From: a virus | Length of the DNA stretch: 64,000 bases | Reading direction: 5' to 3' (one strand) | Virus record (IMG/VR): IMGVR_UViG_3300033153_008530 | Location: 1 to 64,000 of that record | Shown: one piece after another, positions 1 through 7,422 of the stretch | Layout: the number at the start of each line of letters is the position of its first letter | Position numbering within the stretch: position 1 is the first letter of the stretch | Translations under genes and position numbers: made by a program | The notes under the pieces: generated by a model | Seen by the model: only the letters and a program-made list of their open reading frames with translations | Database searches by the model: none | Told to the model about the DNA's origin: nothing

Positions 1-804
1 AACAATTGTTTTTGTTCCTACGTTTACGTGAGTTGTTTTTACCCAACAAGACACACTTATTGCGGTGTCAATGCCAGTTTTTGTAAATTGAATTTGATCG
101 TCCACACCATCAAAGTTCATTGAGTAATTTGAAACCTTATCTTTATTTGTATTCTCAGGCATTAAAATTTGAGGCGTTTGATAAGTTGAATTATCTCCCA
201 TTCTATACCATGCAACTAAATTACTTACGCTTTCTAAGTTAGCGGGTTCTCCATTCTTACGTAAATATGATGAACTAACTAATGCGTCAAAAATAGATAC
301 CTCATCCATTAGTCCATTAAAATAATAACTGGAACCACCAACCATTTGATAACCTAATTGTAAAGGACTATTACTTTCAATAAATAATTCTGGGCCAATT
401 GAATTACTTGCCTCAGTTGAACCATCAAGAATAATTGATATTTGAGTATTCTGATTAATTGTGCCTAATACATGATGCCATTGATTGTCTTTTATATTAG
501 TTGTTCCTGTTGCTGTATATGTAACAATCCCATTTAATGTAACTAAGAATCTTAATACATTACCTGATATATACAATTGATAACCATATAGATTAACTGC
601 ATTATTTCTTTTACTTATCAACATCATTGTAGTTGCTGAATTTGTTTTAAACCAACATGAGACACTGATATTGGATGTAATTTGTAAATCACTTCCATTA
701 CTACAATCAATGTAATCATCTATACCATCAAATGATATAGATTTAGTATTCAGTAAAGGATCTGAAACAAGTCCATTCATATATCCAAAAGGTAATGGCT
801 TCAT
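1..804 (-). CDS. LamG/concanavalin A-like domain tail or receptor-binding protein (partial, runs off the window)
   Basis: Not in the ORF track. ATG at 804, open to position 1: MKPLPFGYM...SISFDGIDDY...WHHV...FNGLMDEVSIF...VAWYRMGD...NKDKVSNYSMNFDGVDD. Paralogous to 1090..3210. Confidence 0.8.
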   Translation of the reverse strand, partial: MKPLPFGYMNGLVSDPLLNTKSISFDGIDDYIDCSNGSDLQITSNISVSCWFKTNSATTMMLISKRNNAVNLYGYQLYISGNVLRFLVTLNGIVTYTATGTTNIKDNQWHHVLGTINQNTQISIILDGSTEASNSIGPELFIESNSPLQLGYQMVGGSSYYFNGLMDEVSIFDALVSSSYLRKNGEPANLESVSNLVAWYRMGDNSTYQTPQILMPENTNKDKVSNYSMNFDGVDDQIQFTKTGIDTAISVSCWVKTTHVNVGTKTIV

Positions 805-808
805 ATTT

Positions 809-1063
809 TTAAGGTGTTATCTCTTCTGACCATTCAGGCGTAGCCATTAAAGTTATTGTTTGTTCATGATCTAGTATTTCACTAGGAACTACAACGCCCG
901 TGTTTATAAAAGTAGGCACTGATCCTTCAGGATACTTGATTACAAATAGTGTGTCGTCTAAACTTCTTCTACAAGTAAGTCCACTAGATTGTGCTACTTG
1001 TGAGAAATCTACATTTTGCATGTCGGTTGCTATATCACATATAGCATAAGTTAAATGATTCAT
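809..1063 (-). CDS. small tail-module protein of unknown function
   Basis: 84-aa ORF packed between two LamG genes in the same operon. Confidence 0.6.
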   Translation of the reverse strand: MNHLTYAICDIATDMQNVDFSQVAQSSGLTCRRSLDDTLFVIKYPEGSVPTFINTGVVVPSEILDHEQTITLMATPEWSEEITP

Positions 1064-1089
1064 ATTTTCTATTTTTATTTACTTAATGT

Positions 1090-3210
1090 TTAAACTGGTG
1101 TATCTTCTTTTCTATCAGCTTCTTCCATATTATAACTTACTATATTACTGTTACTATTAGGTGCTTCTCCTACTCTATAAGTAGCTACAGTATTCTGACT
1201 TAAAGCGTTATTAGCACCATTAGGACTAAAACCGCTTAAATTAAAATTACCACTACCAGCTCCTCCAAAAGATGCTACTGCATCAGCACTCCCTATTTGA
1301 TCTGGTAAATCCCAATTTGATCCAACTGTATTGTATATAGCTTTATCTGCTCTCCAATATGCCACTGGACTATATGTAGATTCATCTACAGGTTCACCTA
1401 AGTTGAATAAAGCAACAGCATTTGAAGATTGATCAGTATTATATATTGCTGCAGTTGCGTGATTTCCTCTACATATAGAAGTTACACCATTACTCATTAT
1501 ACCTGATGTTGTTTGTATATTGTCTATACTTAAACTTCCTATAGTGTTAGTGTTTTCTAAATCACCATCTACATATATTTTTAAATCTCCACCATCATAG
1601 ACACCTAAAATATGATGCCAACCATCTTGAGTATTTGTAGTACCTGTTACTGTGTAGGCAGTTCCTCCACTTCTTATAACAAAAGAAGGTGTTGAACTAC
1701 TTTGTAATAAAGAATAATCTTGAGTGGTTTGGTTGTCACCTTTAACAAATAAATATGAACTTCCACCGCTTTCATAATTATTATACACCCAATAACTAAT
1801 AGATAATGGAGCTGCTGTTATTTGTAATGATGCTGGATTCCCGCTAATAGCTATATTTGCCCCAGTAATTAAAGCAGAACCAAATGAATAATTACCCACT
1901 TTATTTACGTTCTTTTGTTCAGTGCAAAAGAAAGGACCATCATGTAAACGTGATTCATCACCTAATTTCCACCAATTATCTGGATTTAAGTCTGTAAGAT
2001 CAGGTGGAGTACCTCCCCCATAAATCTCTGCAATATTAGCTATTTGATTACTTTTCCATATCGCTAATCCAGACATTAATCCTTCAAAACCATAATAATT
2101 AGGCGCACCATTTGAATAGGTACCTATACTACTCCATGCATATGTAGGATTTAACGATGAATCAATATTACCTGCAAATGTTATAGCTTGTGGAGCACCA
2201 TTTATATAACATTTAAGTCTACCAGCATTCTGTGTAGCTGGATCTCCATCTATAAATGTTCCATCGTAAAAGAAAGTTATATTATACCAATCATCAAGGG
2301 GAAAACCAGAACCAACAGCGAAATCTACTATTCCATTGTTACCAGCACCACTACTAAAGTATATATCAGCTCCAATTAAAGCAACAAAAAAGTCATTACT
2401 ACCTCCTTCACAAAAATATAATCCTTTCCATCCTAAATCATTCTTTTTAGTTATCCATATAGAAAATGTAAGTTTTGTAGTTGCAGGAGGAATTATATCT
2501 AAAGCAGCATTGGGTAATACAAAAGTAGTTCCTACACTATCAAAATACATAGAATAATTTTGAGATTTATCTTTATTAGCTTCTGCTGGTAATAACCATT
2601 GCTTTCTTAAAAATCTTCCATTATCCCCCATTCTATACCACACAATAGGCGGTGTTGTCATTGAATTTAAATCCGCAGTTGTATCAGCACTAGTAGTTAA
2701 TTCATAATCAAAAAACGCTAATTCATCTAATTTTCCAGCAAAAGGATATGGAGTTCCTGTTTTACGTTTTCCTATATAAAGTGGATTTGATCCAGGCGTA
2801 AGTGTAGTAGGAGTATTAGTACTTGTATAAACAGTTGTTCCAAGATTATCTGTTTGATGAAATGTAACACTACTTCCTTGATCTACTATTATAGCAACGT
2901 GAACCCATTTACCTGTTATTATAGGTGGTACAGATGACATAGTAATAGCTGGTCCAACATACATATACCAGCCTGATCCACCAGAAGAATAAAGTTCAAA
3001 AGTAACATTTAGTGCTTCAGAAAAAATAAATGATGTTATTGAAGCTGGCATATAATACCACAAGCTTATAGAGAATTCAGTTGATGCTGCTATTGTAGAA
3101 ATAGGAGAATCTGAAACTAACATATATTCATCTACACCATCAAACTCCATAGAATAGACATTCTCTAGACCTGCAGCAGCAGTCATATATCCAAAAGGAA
3201 GCGTTTTCAT
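1090..3210 (-). CDS. multi-LamG (three ConA-like domains) tail or receptor-binding protein
   Basis: Repeated FDG..Y / W.H / F.G.(L/M)DE / W(Y/W)(R/K)(M/L)GD signatures. Confidence 0.8.
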   Translation of the reverse strand: MKTLPFGYMTAAAGLENVYSMEFDGVDEYMLVSDSPISTIAASTEFSISLWYYMPASITSFIFSEALNVTFELYSSGGSGWYMYVGPAITMSSVPPIITGKWVHVAIIVDQGSSVTFHQTDNLGTTVYTSTNTPTTLTPGSNPLYIGKRKTGTPYPFAGKLDELAFFDYELTTSADTTADLNSMTTPPIVWYRMGDNGRFLRKQWLLPAEANKDKSQNYSMYFDSVGTTFVLPNAALDIIPPATTKLTFSIWITKKNDLGWKGLYFCEGGSNDFFVALIGADIYFSSGAGNNGIVDFAVGSGFPLDDWYNITFFYDGTFIDGDPATQNAGRLKCYINGAPQAITFAGNIDSSLNPTYAWSSIGTYSNGAPNYYGFEGLMSGLAIWKSNQIANIAEIYGGGTPPDLTDLNPDNWWKLGDESRLHDGPFFCTEQKNVNKVGNYSFGSALITGANIAISGNPASLQITAAPLSISYWVYNNYESGGSSYLFVKGDNQTTQDYSLLQSSSTPSFVIRSGGTAYTVTGTTNTQDGWHHILGVYDGGDLKIYVDGDLENTNTIGSLSIDNIQTTSGIMSNGVTSICRGNHATAAIYNTDQSSNAVALFNLGEPVDESTYSPVAYWRADKAIYNTVGSNWDLPDQIGSADAVASFGGAGSGNFNLSGFSPNGANNALSQNTVATYRVGEAPNSNSNIVSYNMEEADRKEDTPV

Positions 3211-3695
3211 TAAACGTAATCTTGAGTTATTACACCTCTTATTGTTGTCCCATCATAAACAAGAGTAACAATATCAATTCTATTTGCTATTAATGTGATT
3301 ACTGGAGCAGCACCTGTTGGCCATCCAACTCCAGTCAATGTTGCCACACCATTTGCTGTTGTATTCTGTTTAATATATACAATATTAGTTCCTATAGATA
3401 ACCCAGTAAAATTAATTGTATAAGGACCAGCTCCATCTGGAAGAGTAATACTAAAATAATCTGCTAAAGATAAATTAGCTGTAAAAGTAGTTCCTACAGC
3501 AGGAACAGTAATCAAACTAGATCCTCCAGTTATATCTCTAACTCTTACCAATCTTGTTCTCATTGATGCTTGGGTAGTAGAATGAATATTCCCCACACCC
3601 GTTTGTCCTACCAACAAAAAGTCATTATCCTTTGGGTTACTAATAATCTGTTTGTTTCTAAATAGACCTACAAAGTCTGATATTACATTGCTCAT
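3210..3695 (-). CDS. tail-fibre-associated beta-rich protein
   Basis: Thr/Gly-rich beta-type C-terminal domain (WPTGAAPVIT...DIVTLVYDG); overlaps the next gene by 1 nt. Confidence 0.55.
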   Translation of the reverse strand: MSNVISDFVGLFRNKQIISNPKDNDFLLVGQTGVGNIHSTTQASMRTRLVRVRDITGGSSLITVPAVGTTFTANLSLADYFSITLPDGAGPYTINFTGLSIGTNIVYIKQNTTANGVATLTGVGWPTGAAPVITLIANRIDIVTLVYDGTTIRGVITQDYV

Positions 3696-3712
3696 AATTA
3701 AAATTTTTTATA

Positions 3713-3720
3713 AATATACA
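3713..3720 (-). promoter_or_regulatory. putative late promoter element TGTATATT
   Basis: The same 8-mer precedes four minus-strand gene starts (3713, 3951, 21434, 23107). Confidence 0.45.
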
Positions 3721-3730
3721 TTAAACAAAT

Positions 3731-3937
3731 TCAATTTTGAAATGAAGCCCTAATATCAGCCGCCCACTTTAAAATATACTCATTAACTTCTCTTTCAGTA
3801 TACTCCGTACTTTGAACAAGAGACTCAATCATATCCATAAATTCATTATAGTTAAGATTGCTTCCCTGCATCTCAATTTTATAAATCTTGCCTCCTTGTT
3901 CAAAAGTAAGTCTTGTTATATCAAAGTTTTCTTGCAT
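3731..3937 (-). CDS. hypothetical protein
   Basis: 68-69 aa ORF preceded by TGTATATT. Confidence 0.6.
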   Translation of the reverse strand: MQENFDITRLTFEQGGKIYKIEMQGSNLNYNEFMDMIESLVQSTEYTEREVNEYILKWAADIRASFQN

Positions 3938-3950
3938 CACTTCTATATAT

Positions 3951-3958
3951 AATATACA
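3951..3958 (-). promoter_or_regulatory. putative late promoter element TGTATATT
   Basis: Intergenic copy upstream of the 3731..3937 gene. Confidence 0.45.
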
Positions 3959-3999
3959 AAATTATAAAGTTAAATTCAAAATTTTTCTATATTACATAT

Positions 4000-4188
4000 A
4001 TGAAATTATTACGTTTCTTTCTTATATGGTATTCACAAAACCTGGCTATACCTTTCTGGATCATAGGACACGTACACTTAAGCCTTAATAACTACCATGA
4101 CCTTATAGAAATTACAAGCTCAATAATGATGCATATTGCAGTTGCCGTAGGATTTTATCTTGACTGGACGGACCACAAGAACAACTAA
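4000..4188 (+). CDS. small membrane protein
   Basis: ATG at 4000, MKLLRFFLIWYSQNLAIPFW..., two hydrophobic segments. Confidence 0.6.
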   Translation: MKLLRFFLIWYSQNLAIPFWIIGHVHLSLNNYHDLIEITSSIMMHIAVAVGFYLDWTDHKNN

Positions 4189-4288
4189 CCTATAGAAAAA
4201 AGTTATGCACGTGAAGATTTAGTGGGTCCCTATGATGAAAAAATATTTTTCAAAAAGTTTTGCCCCACCCCCCATTGTTTTGTGAAGG

Positions 4289-4298
4289 CAACTCCTTA
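4289..4298 (+). promoter_or_regulatory. early cassette motif CAACTCCTTA (copy 1), putative virion-RNAP promoter
   Basis: One of eight intergenic copies; starts 42 nt before ATG 4331. Confidence 0.65.
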
Positions 4299-4330
4299 TT
4301 TCAATCAAATAATAACAAAAAACCTCTGCT

Positions 4331-4594
4331 ATGAAAAATAAAGTCTTCTCTCTTCTCTTGTTATCATATGTTATATCATTGATATGTTTGATAACATTCT
4401 TATGTTATGATTACTTCTTTGCTTACAATGTTACATTGTTTATTATGTGTGTACAAGTTCTATTGCTTGGTCTTATATATGCTATTAAGATACGTAAAGA
4501 TAATGAAGTTATAGTACCTGAAGTACTACCACCAACACACATTACACTAGCTGACTGGCATAGGAAGTGGAACAAGAATAGGAAGGCTCAGTAA
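4331..4594 (+). CDS. early two-TM membrane protein
   Basis: Two hydrophobic helices and a basic tail; framed by the motif and a hairpin. Confidence 0.7.
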   Translation: MKNKVFSLLLLSYVISLICLITFLCYDYFFAYNVTLFIMCVQVLLLGLIYAIKIRKDNEVIVPEVLPPTHITLADWHRKWNKNRKAQ

Positions 4595-4613
4595 GCCTTT
4601 CTGTTTTGTGTTA

Positions 4614-4623
4614 CAACTCCTTG
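4614..4623 (+). promoter_or_regulatory. early cassette motif CAACTCCTTG (copy 2)
   Basis: Follows hairpin 4583-4600; heads an ORF-less cassette. Confidence 0.6.
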
Positions 4624-4627
4624 TTAA

Positions 4628-4809
4628 TAGTAGACCTAATTCCTCTTTTATCTCAATGAAGAGATAATTGAACTGATGTGGGAATGGAGGGTAATGGAGG
4701 CATCCATCATATGGAAAAGCAGAGGCTTTCACCTTATTGCTTTGGTGATGTAAGGACCGTAAACAGCTTTAGCAGGCACACTAAGCACCCATTAATTTGG
4801 GTGCTTTTT
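4628..4809 (+). ncRNA. candidate ~180-nt structured non-coding RNA
   Basis: Lies between motif copy 2 and terminator 4783-4809. No credible ORF, raised GC, several hairpins (TTATCTC/GAGATAA, ATTCC/GGAAT, AAAGC/GCTTT, TCACC/GGTGA). Confidence 0.45.
4783..4809 (+). terminator. intrinsic terminator
   Basis: AAGCACCCA-ttaatt-TGGGTGCTT followed by a T run. Confidence 0.75.
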
Positions 4810-4816
4810 ACTAAAC

Positions 4817-4826
4817 CAACTCCTTA
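4817..4826 (+). promoter_or_regulatory. early cassette motif CAACTCCTTA (copy 3)
   Basis: 4817-4856 is 35/40 identical to 5032-5071. Confidence 0.65.
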
Positions 4827-4853
4827 TTATACTTAATCTTTAAACTTTATATT

Positions 4854-5006
4854 ATGACGATAGAAAGCACAGCAACTGCAATCATTGATGGTATTATAAC
4901 TACTATCCAGATCCTACGCTATTCTGATGGCAAACGTTCTAAACGTTTTTATCAGAAAGGTAGACTCACTGATGTAATTATCCTTGAACCTGAGAAGCCT
5001 ACATAG
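4854..5006 (+). CDS. 50-aa early protein
   Basis: Below the track cutoff: MTIESTATAIIDGIITTIQILRYSDGKRSKRFYQKGRLTDVIILEPEKPT; framed by the motif and hairpin 4993-5012. Confidence 0.6.
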   Translation: MTIESTATAIIDGIITTIQILRYSDGKRSKRFYQKGRLTDVIILEPEKPT

Positions 5007-5031
5007 GCTTCTTTCTTTGCATAATGTAAAA

Positions 5032-5041
5032 CAACTCCTTA
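5032..5041 (+). promoter_or_regulatory. early cassette motif CAACTCCTTA (copy 4)
   Basis: Follows hairpin 4993-5012; starts 37 nt before ATG 5069. Confidence 0.65.
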
Positions 5042-5068
5042 TTATTACTAATCCTTAAACTTAATATT

Positions 5069-5434
5069 ATGGCGTACAAATGTAAAATACCTTTTCGTGT
5101 TAGATATGTAGCACCAAGGAGAGGTAAACTTAAAAGCGAAATGCTTTATTACTGTTATTGGTACAATAATAAAGCATTAATGGTTAGAAGAGACTTAGAT
5201 GATAGTTTACCTCTTCTTAGACTTCCAATCTATCACTTTAAACACTATAAACCCAAATTACCACTATCTGCAGACCAACAAAGAGCACAACGCTTTAAAC
5301 TCAAAAGTACAGGTCATAGAAACATTGTAGAATACAATGAAATCAAACTTGCTGAACACGATAAAAAGTATGGCATTAATAGAGCTCAAAAGATAGCAGA
5401 ATATAATAATAAGGGTAAATCAAGAGAGTCTTAG
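5069..5434 (+). CDS. basic early protein of unknown function
   Basis: 121 aa, K/R/Y-rich; framed by the motif and terminator 5422-5446. Confidence 0.7.
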   Translation: MAYKCKIPFRVRYVAPRRGKLKSEMLYYCYWYNNKALMVRRDLDDSLPLLRLPIYHFKHYKPKLPLSADQQRAQRFKLKSTGHRNIVEYNEIKLAEHDKKYGINRAQKIAEYNNKGKSRES

Positions 5435-5460
5435 GGCTCTCTTTTTATTAAAACACAAGA

Positions 5461-5470
5461 CAACTCCCTA
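5461..5470 (+). promoter_or_regulatory. early cassette motif CAACTCCCTA (copy 5)
   Basis: Follows terminator 5422-5446; starts 29 nt before ATG 5490. Confidence 0.6.
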
Positions 5471-5489
5471 CTTAACCTAAATCAATACT

Positions 5490-5747
5490 ATGGCAACAAA
5501 AATCAAATACAATGTAGTGCACGGTAGACCCGTGGGTAAAGATAGTGAAGGTGCAACCATCTATAAAAACGTGCAAGTTGGCGTGGTTATGGAGAAAGAT
5601 GGCAGGTTCCTGCTTAAACTTAATTATCTGCCAGCTGAAGGAGCCTTGTTCTTCAACTTGTGGAAGCCTAAACCAAAGGCAGAACCAAAACCAGAACCTA
5701 AAGCAGAAGTAATTGCTGATGATGGAGATGATGAAGCACCATTCTAA
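5490..5747 (+). CDS. small SSB-like protein with an acidic C-terminal tail
   Basis: Beta-rich core, PK/EP linker, ends in DDGDDEAPF like an SSB C-terminal tip. Confidence 0.55.
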   Translation: MATKIKYNVVHGRPVGKDSEGATIYKNVQVGVVMEKDGRFLLKLNYLPAEGALFFNLWKPKPKAEPKPEPKAEVIADDGDDEAPF

Positions 5748-5753
5748 CAACTT

Positions 5754-5778
5754 GAGCCACTAACGTGGCTCTTTTTTT
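5754..5778 (+). terminator. intrinsic terminator
   Basis: GAGCCAC-taac-GTGGCTC followed by T7. Confidence 0.8.
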
Positions 5779-5782
5779 AACT

Positions 5783-5792
5783 CAACTCCTCA
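5783..5792 (+). promoter_or_regulatory. early cassette motif CAACTCCTCA (copy 6)
   Basis: Directly after the terminator; starts 35 nt before ATG 5818. Confidence 0.6.
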
Positions 5793-5817
5793 TTTTATTT
5801 AATTAAAATTAAATAAT

Positions 5818-5964
5818 ATGTATAAATATAGCATAAATGAAGTGATGCATTTCAGTCCTTCAAGGTCATTAGTAATGGGAATACTGAATACATCCAGTAA
5901 ACCCAAAAAGATTAAACTTCCAAGTAGGAAGAAGAGAAAGTTTAACAAAAGAAGGTCTAAATAG
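5818..5964 (+). CDS. 48-aa highly basic early protein
   Basis: Below the track cutoff: MYKYSINEVMHFSPSRSLVMGILNTSSKPKKIKLPSRKKRKFNKRRSK. Confidence 0.55.
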   Translation: MYKYSINEVMHFSPSRSLVMGILNTSSKPKKIKLPSRKKRKFNKRRSK

Positions 5965-5986
5965 GCCTTCTTAAAATCAATTAACT

Positions 5987-6289
5987 ATGAGTAATATAAA
6001 ATTTAAATTAGACTTCTGGGAACAAAGACAAAAACTACAAGTAACAGTTTGTGAAGAAGAAATATACACAGATAATGATGAAGACTTTACATATGATGAA
6101 CTTATTGCAAACAAACTTCGTCTAGGTTATGTAATAGTATATCAGTATTGGCATGCTGCAGTAGGTCAAGTAACAGTATTTGAACCTCAACGTCTCTTTG
6201 CAGATGAATCACTTCAGAGTGTACTTAATCAAGCACTTGAACCTGAAGATCCACGTGATTATCCAGAACCAACACTTGGTGAAGACTAA
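5987..6289 (+). CDS. acidic early protein of unknown function
   Basis: 100-aa ORF followed by terminator 6292-6315. Confidence 0.7.
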   Translation: MSNIKFKLDFWEQRQKLQVTVCEEEIYTDNDEDFTYDELIANKLRLGYVIVYQYWHAAVGQVTVFEPQRLFADESLQSVLNQALEPEDPRDYPEPTLGED

Positions 6290-6291
6290 CC

Positions 6292-6315
6292 AAAAGGCCT
6301 TAACGGCCTTTTTTT
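6292..6315 (+). terminator. intrinsic terminator
   Basis: AAAAGGCC-ttaac-GGCCTTTT plus further T residues. Confidence 0.8.
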
Positions 6316-6363
6316 GCAACCTTTAGCAGAGTAAGTGACTTAAGAGCAACATTAAGCACATAC

Positions 6364-6383
6364 TTTCTCTTTTCAACTCCTCA
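6364..6383 (+). promoter_or_regulatory. early cassette motif (copy 7) within the 18-bp direct repeat TTTCTCTTTTCAACTCCT
   Basis: 6364-6381 is identical to 6810-6827. Confidence 0.65.
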
Positions 6384-6391
6384 TTTATTTT

Positions 6392-6778
6392 GTACAACAA
6401 CACCAAAAAGGTTTGCAAGCCTTTTTGTGGTCTTTGGCTGAATAATACTTTGTATAGAGGTATAAGGCACATTGATTAGAGGACACTCTGCAGGTATTAG
6501 GAATCTAATATCTGACTGTTTAGCAACAGAATTAAATGGTGAAATTTGTAGGCAACAGATCTAAAGCATCTATAAACGTTAGTAACTTGAATTAGGCGTG
6601 ATACCCATCAAGTGCACATTATCCTGTAGCGGGAATTTCAATGATAGTTCAAGAGCAGTCTTGCGGAGAACTATTGAGAGATATTTTGTAGTTAGTGTGT
6701 TAACGTAGATAAGACCTATATCATCAAATATTTGCAGGGAAAACTTAATCCTGTAAGACCACGTTGTTGTGCTTTTTT
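6392..6778 (+). ncRNA. candidate ~385-nt multi-domain structured non-coding RNA, class not recognised
   Basis: No ORF. The ends pair (6392-6401 with 6763-6772; 6428-6434 with 6755-6761), there are many nested helices, the early motif lies upstream and a T6 run follows. Confidence 0.65.
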
Positions 6779-6809
6779 AGTAAAGTTAAAAGACAACCTT
6801 AAAAAACTA

Positions 6810-6829
6810 TTTCTCTTTTCAACTCCTTA
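6810..6829 (+). promoter_or_regulatory. early cassette motif (copy 8) within the 18-bp direct repeat
   Basis: CAACTCCTTA at 6820, followed by 5'-leader hairpin 6837-6863 and ATG 6893. Confidence 0.65.
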
Positions 6830-6892
6830 CTATACCTGCGTCTATAAAAGTTATAGGTGCGCAACTAATCTAACATAATAAATTATATTACT

Positions 6893-7378
6893 ATGGCAGT
6901 AAATACAAGCCTTAAAGCATCTTGCATAAATACTTATAGCAAGTTAGACAGGAATCAGAATCCTATAGACGTATTCGTCTACAAAATCACTGGTACTAAA
7001 TCAGCGTTAGCACGTTATGAAGAACTCCAAGGAGATAATTATCGTGAAGACGAAGAGACAGGTGACGTCTTGTTCTTCTCTACAAGATATTTTGGAGAGA
7101 GTGGTAACATCATCATTACAGCAAATGATAAAATTGCACCTGATTTAAGTAGCGTTAAGAAACAAGCATCTCTTGTAAATCAGTTTGGAGGTCAAATTGG
7201 TGAGGCTTTAGCACAGAAAATAGCAGATCAACTGCTTGGTGTGAAAGCAACAACACCACCTGCTGAAACTCCTGTTGTGACAGAGAGTGAAGATAAGGCA
7301 GAAGAAGAGATAGTAGATGAGGTGGAAGAAAGTGAAGTTGATGAAACTATAGATGAAGATGCAGATTTTAATGCATAA
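6893..7378 (+). CDS. early protein with a long acidic C-terminal tail
   Basis: 161 aa; D/E-rich tail ending in EDADFNA. Confidence 0.75.
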   Translation: MAVNTSLKASCINTYSKLDRNQNPIDVFVYKITGTKSALARYEELQGDNYREDEETGDVLFFSTRYFGESGNIIITANDKIAPDLSSVKKQASLVNQFGGQIGEALAQKIADQLLGVKATTPPAETPVVTESEDKAEEEIVDEVEESEVDETIDEDADFNA

Positions 7379-7396
7379 TCAGATATTAAATGGAAT

Positions 7397-7422
7397 AAGG
7401 GTGTGTAATAGCACCCTTTTTT
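7397..7422 (+). terminator. intrinsic terminator
   Basis: AAGGGTG...CACCCTT followed by a T run. Confidence 0.7.

Noticed and set aside
4670-4720. Hammerhead ribozyme (CTGATG...GAAA)
   Set aside because: The core reads CTGATGT rather than CTGANGA, and the flanking stems do not fit
6392-6778. tmRNA, RNase P RNA or group I/II intron
   Set aside because: No GGGG..CCA acceptor ends, no GAGGAAAGUCC, no recognisable P7 or domain V, and no interrupted gene; a covariance-model search is still needed
4289-6830. The motif's reverse complement TAAGGAGTTG looks like a Shine-Dalgarno sequence
   Set aside because: No credible minus-strand ORFs start just downstream, genes here are on the plus strand, and Bacteroidota rarely use SD sequences
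4289-6830. CRISPR array or integron attC array
   Set aside because: The repeats are only 10-40 nt with 200-600 nt gene-bearing intervals; there are no cas or integrase genes and no attC-type ends
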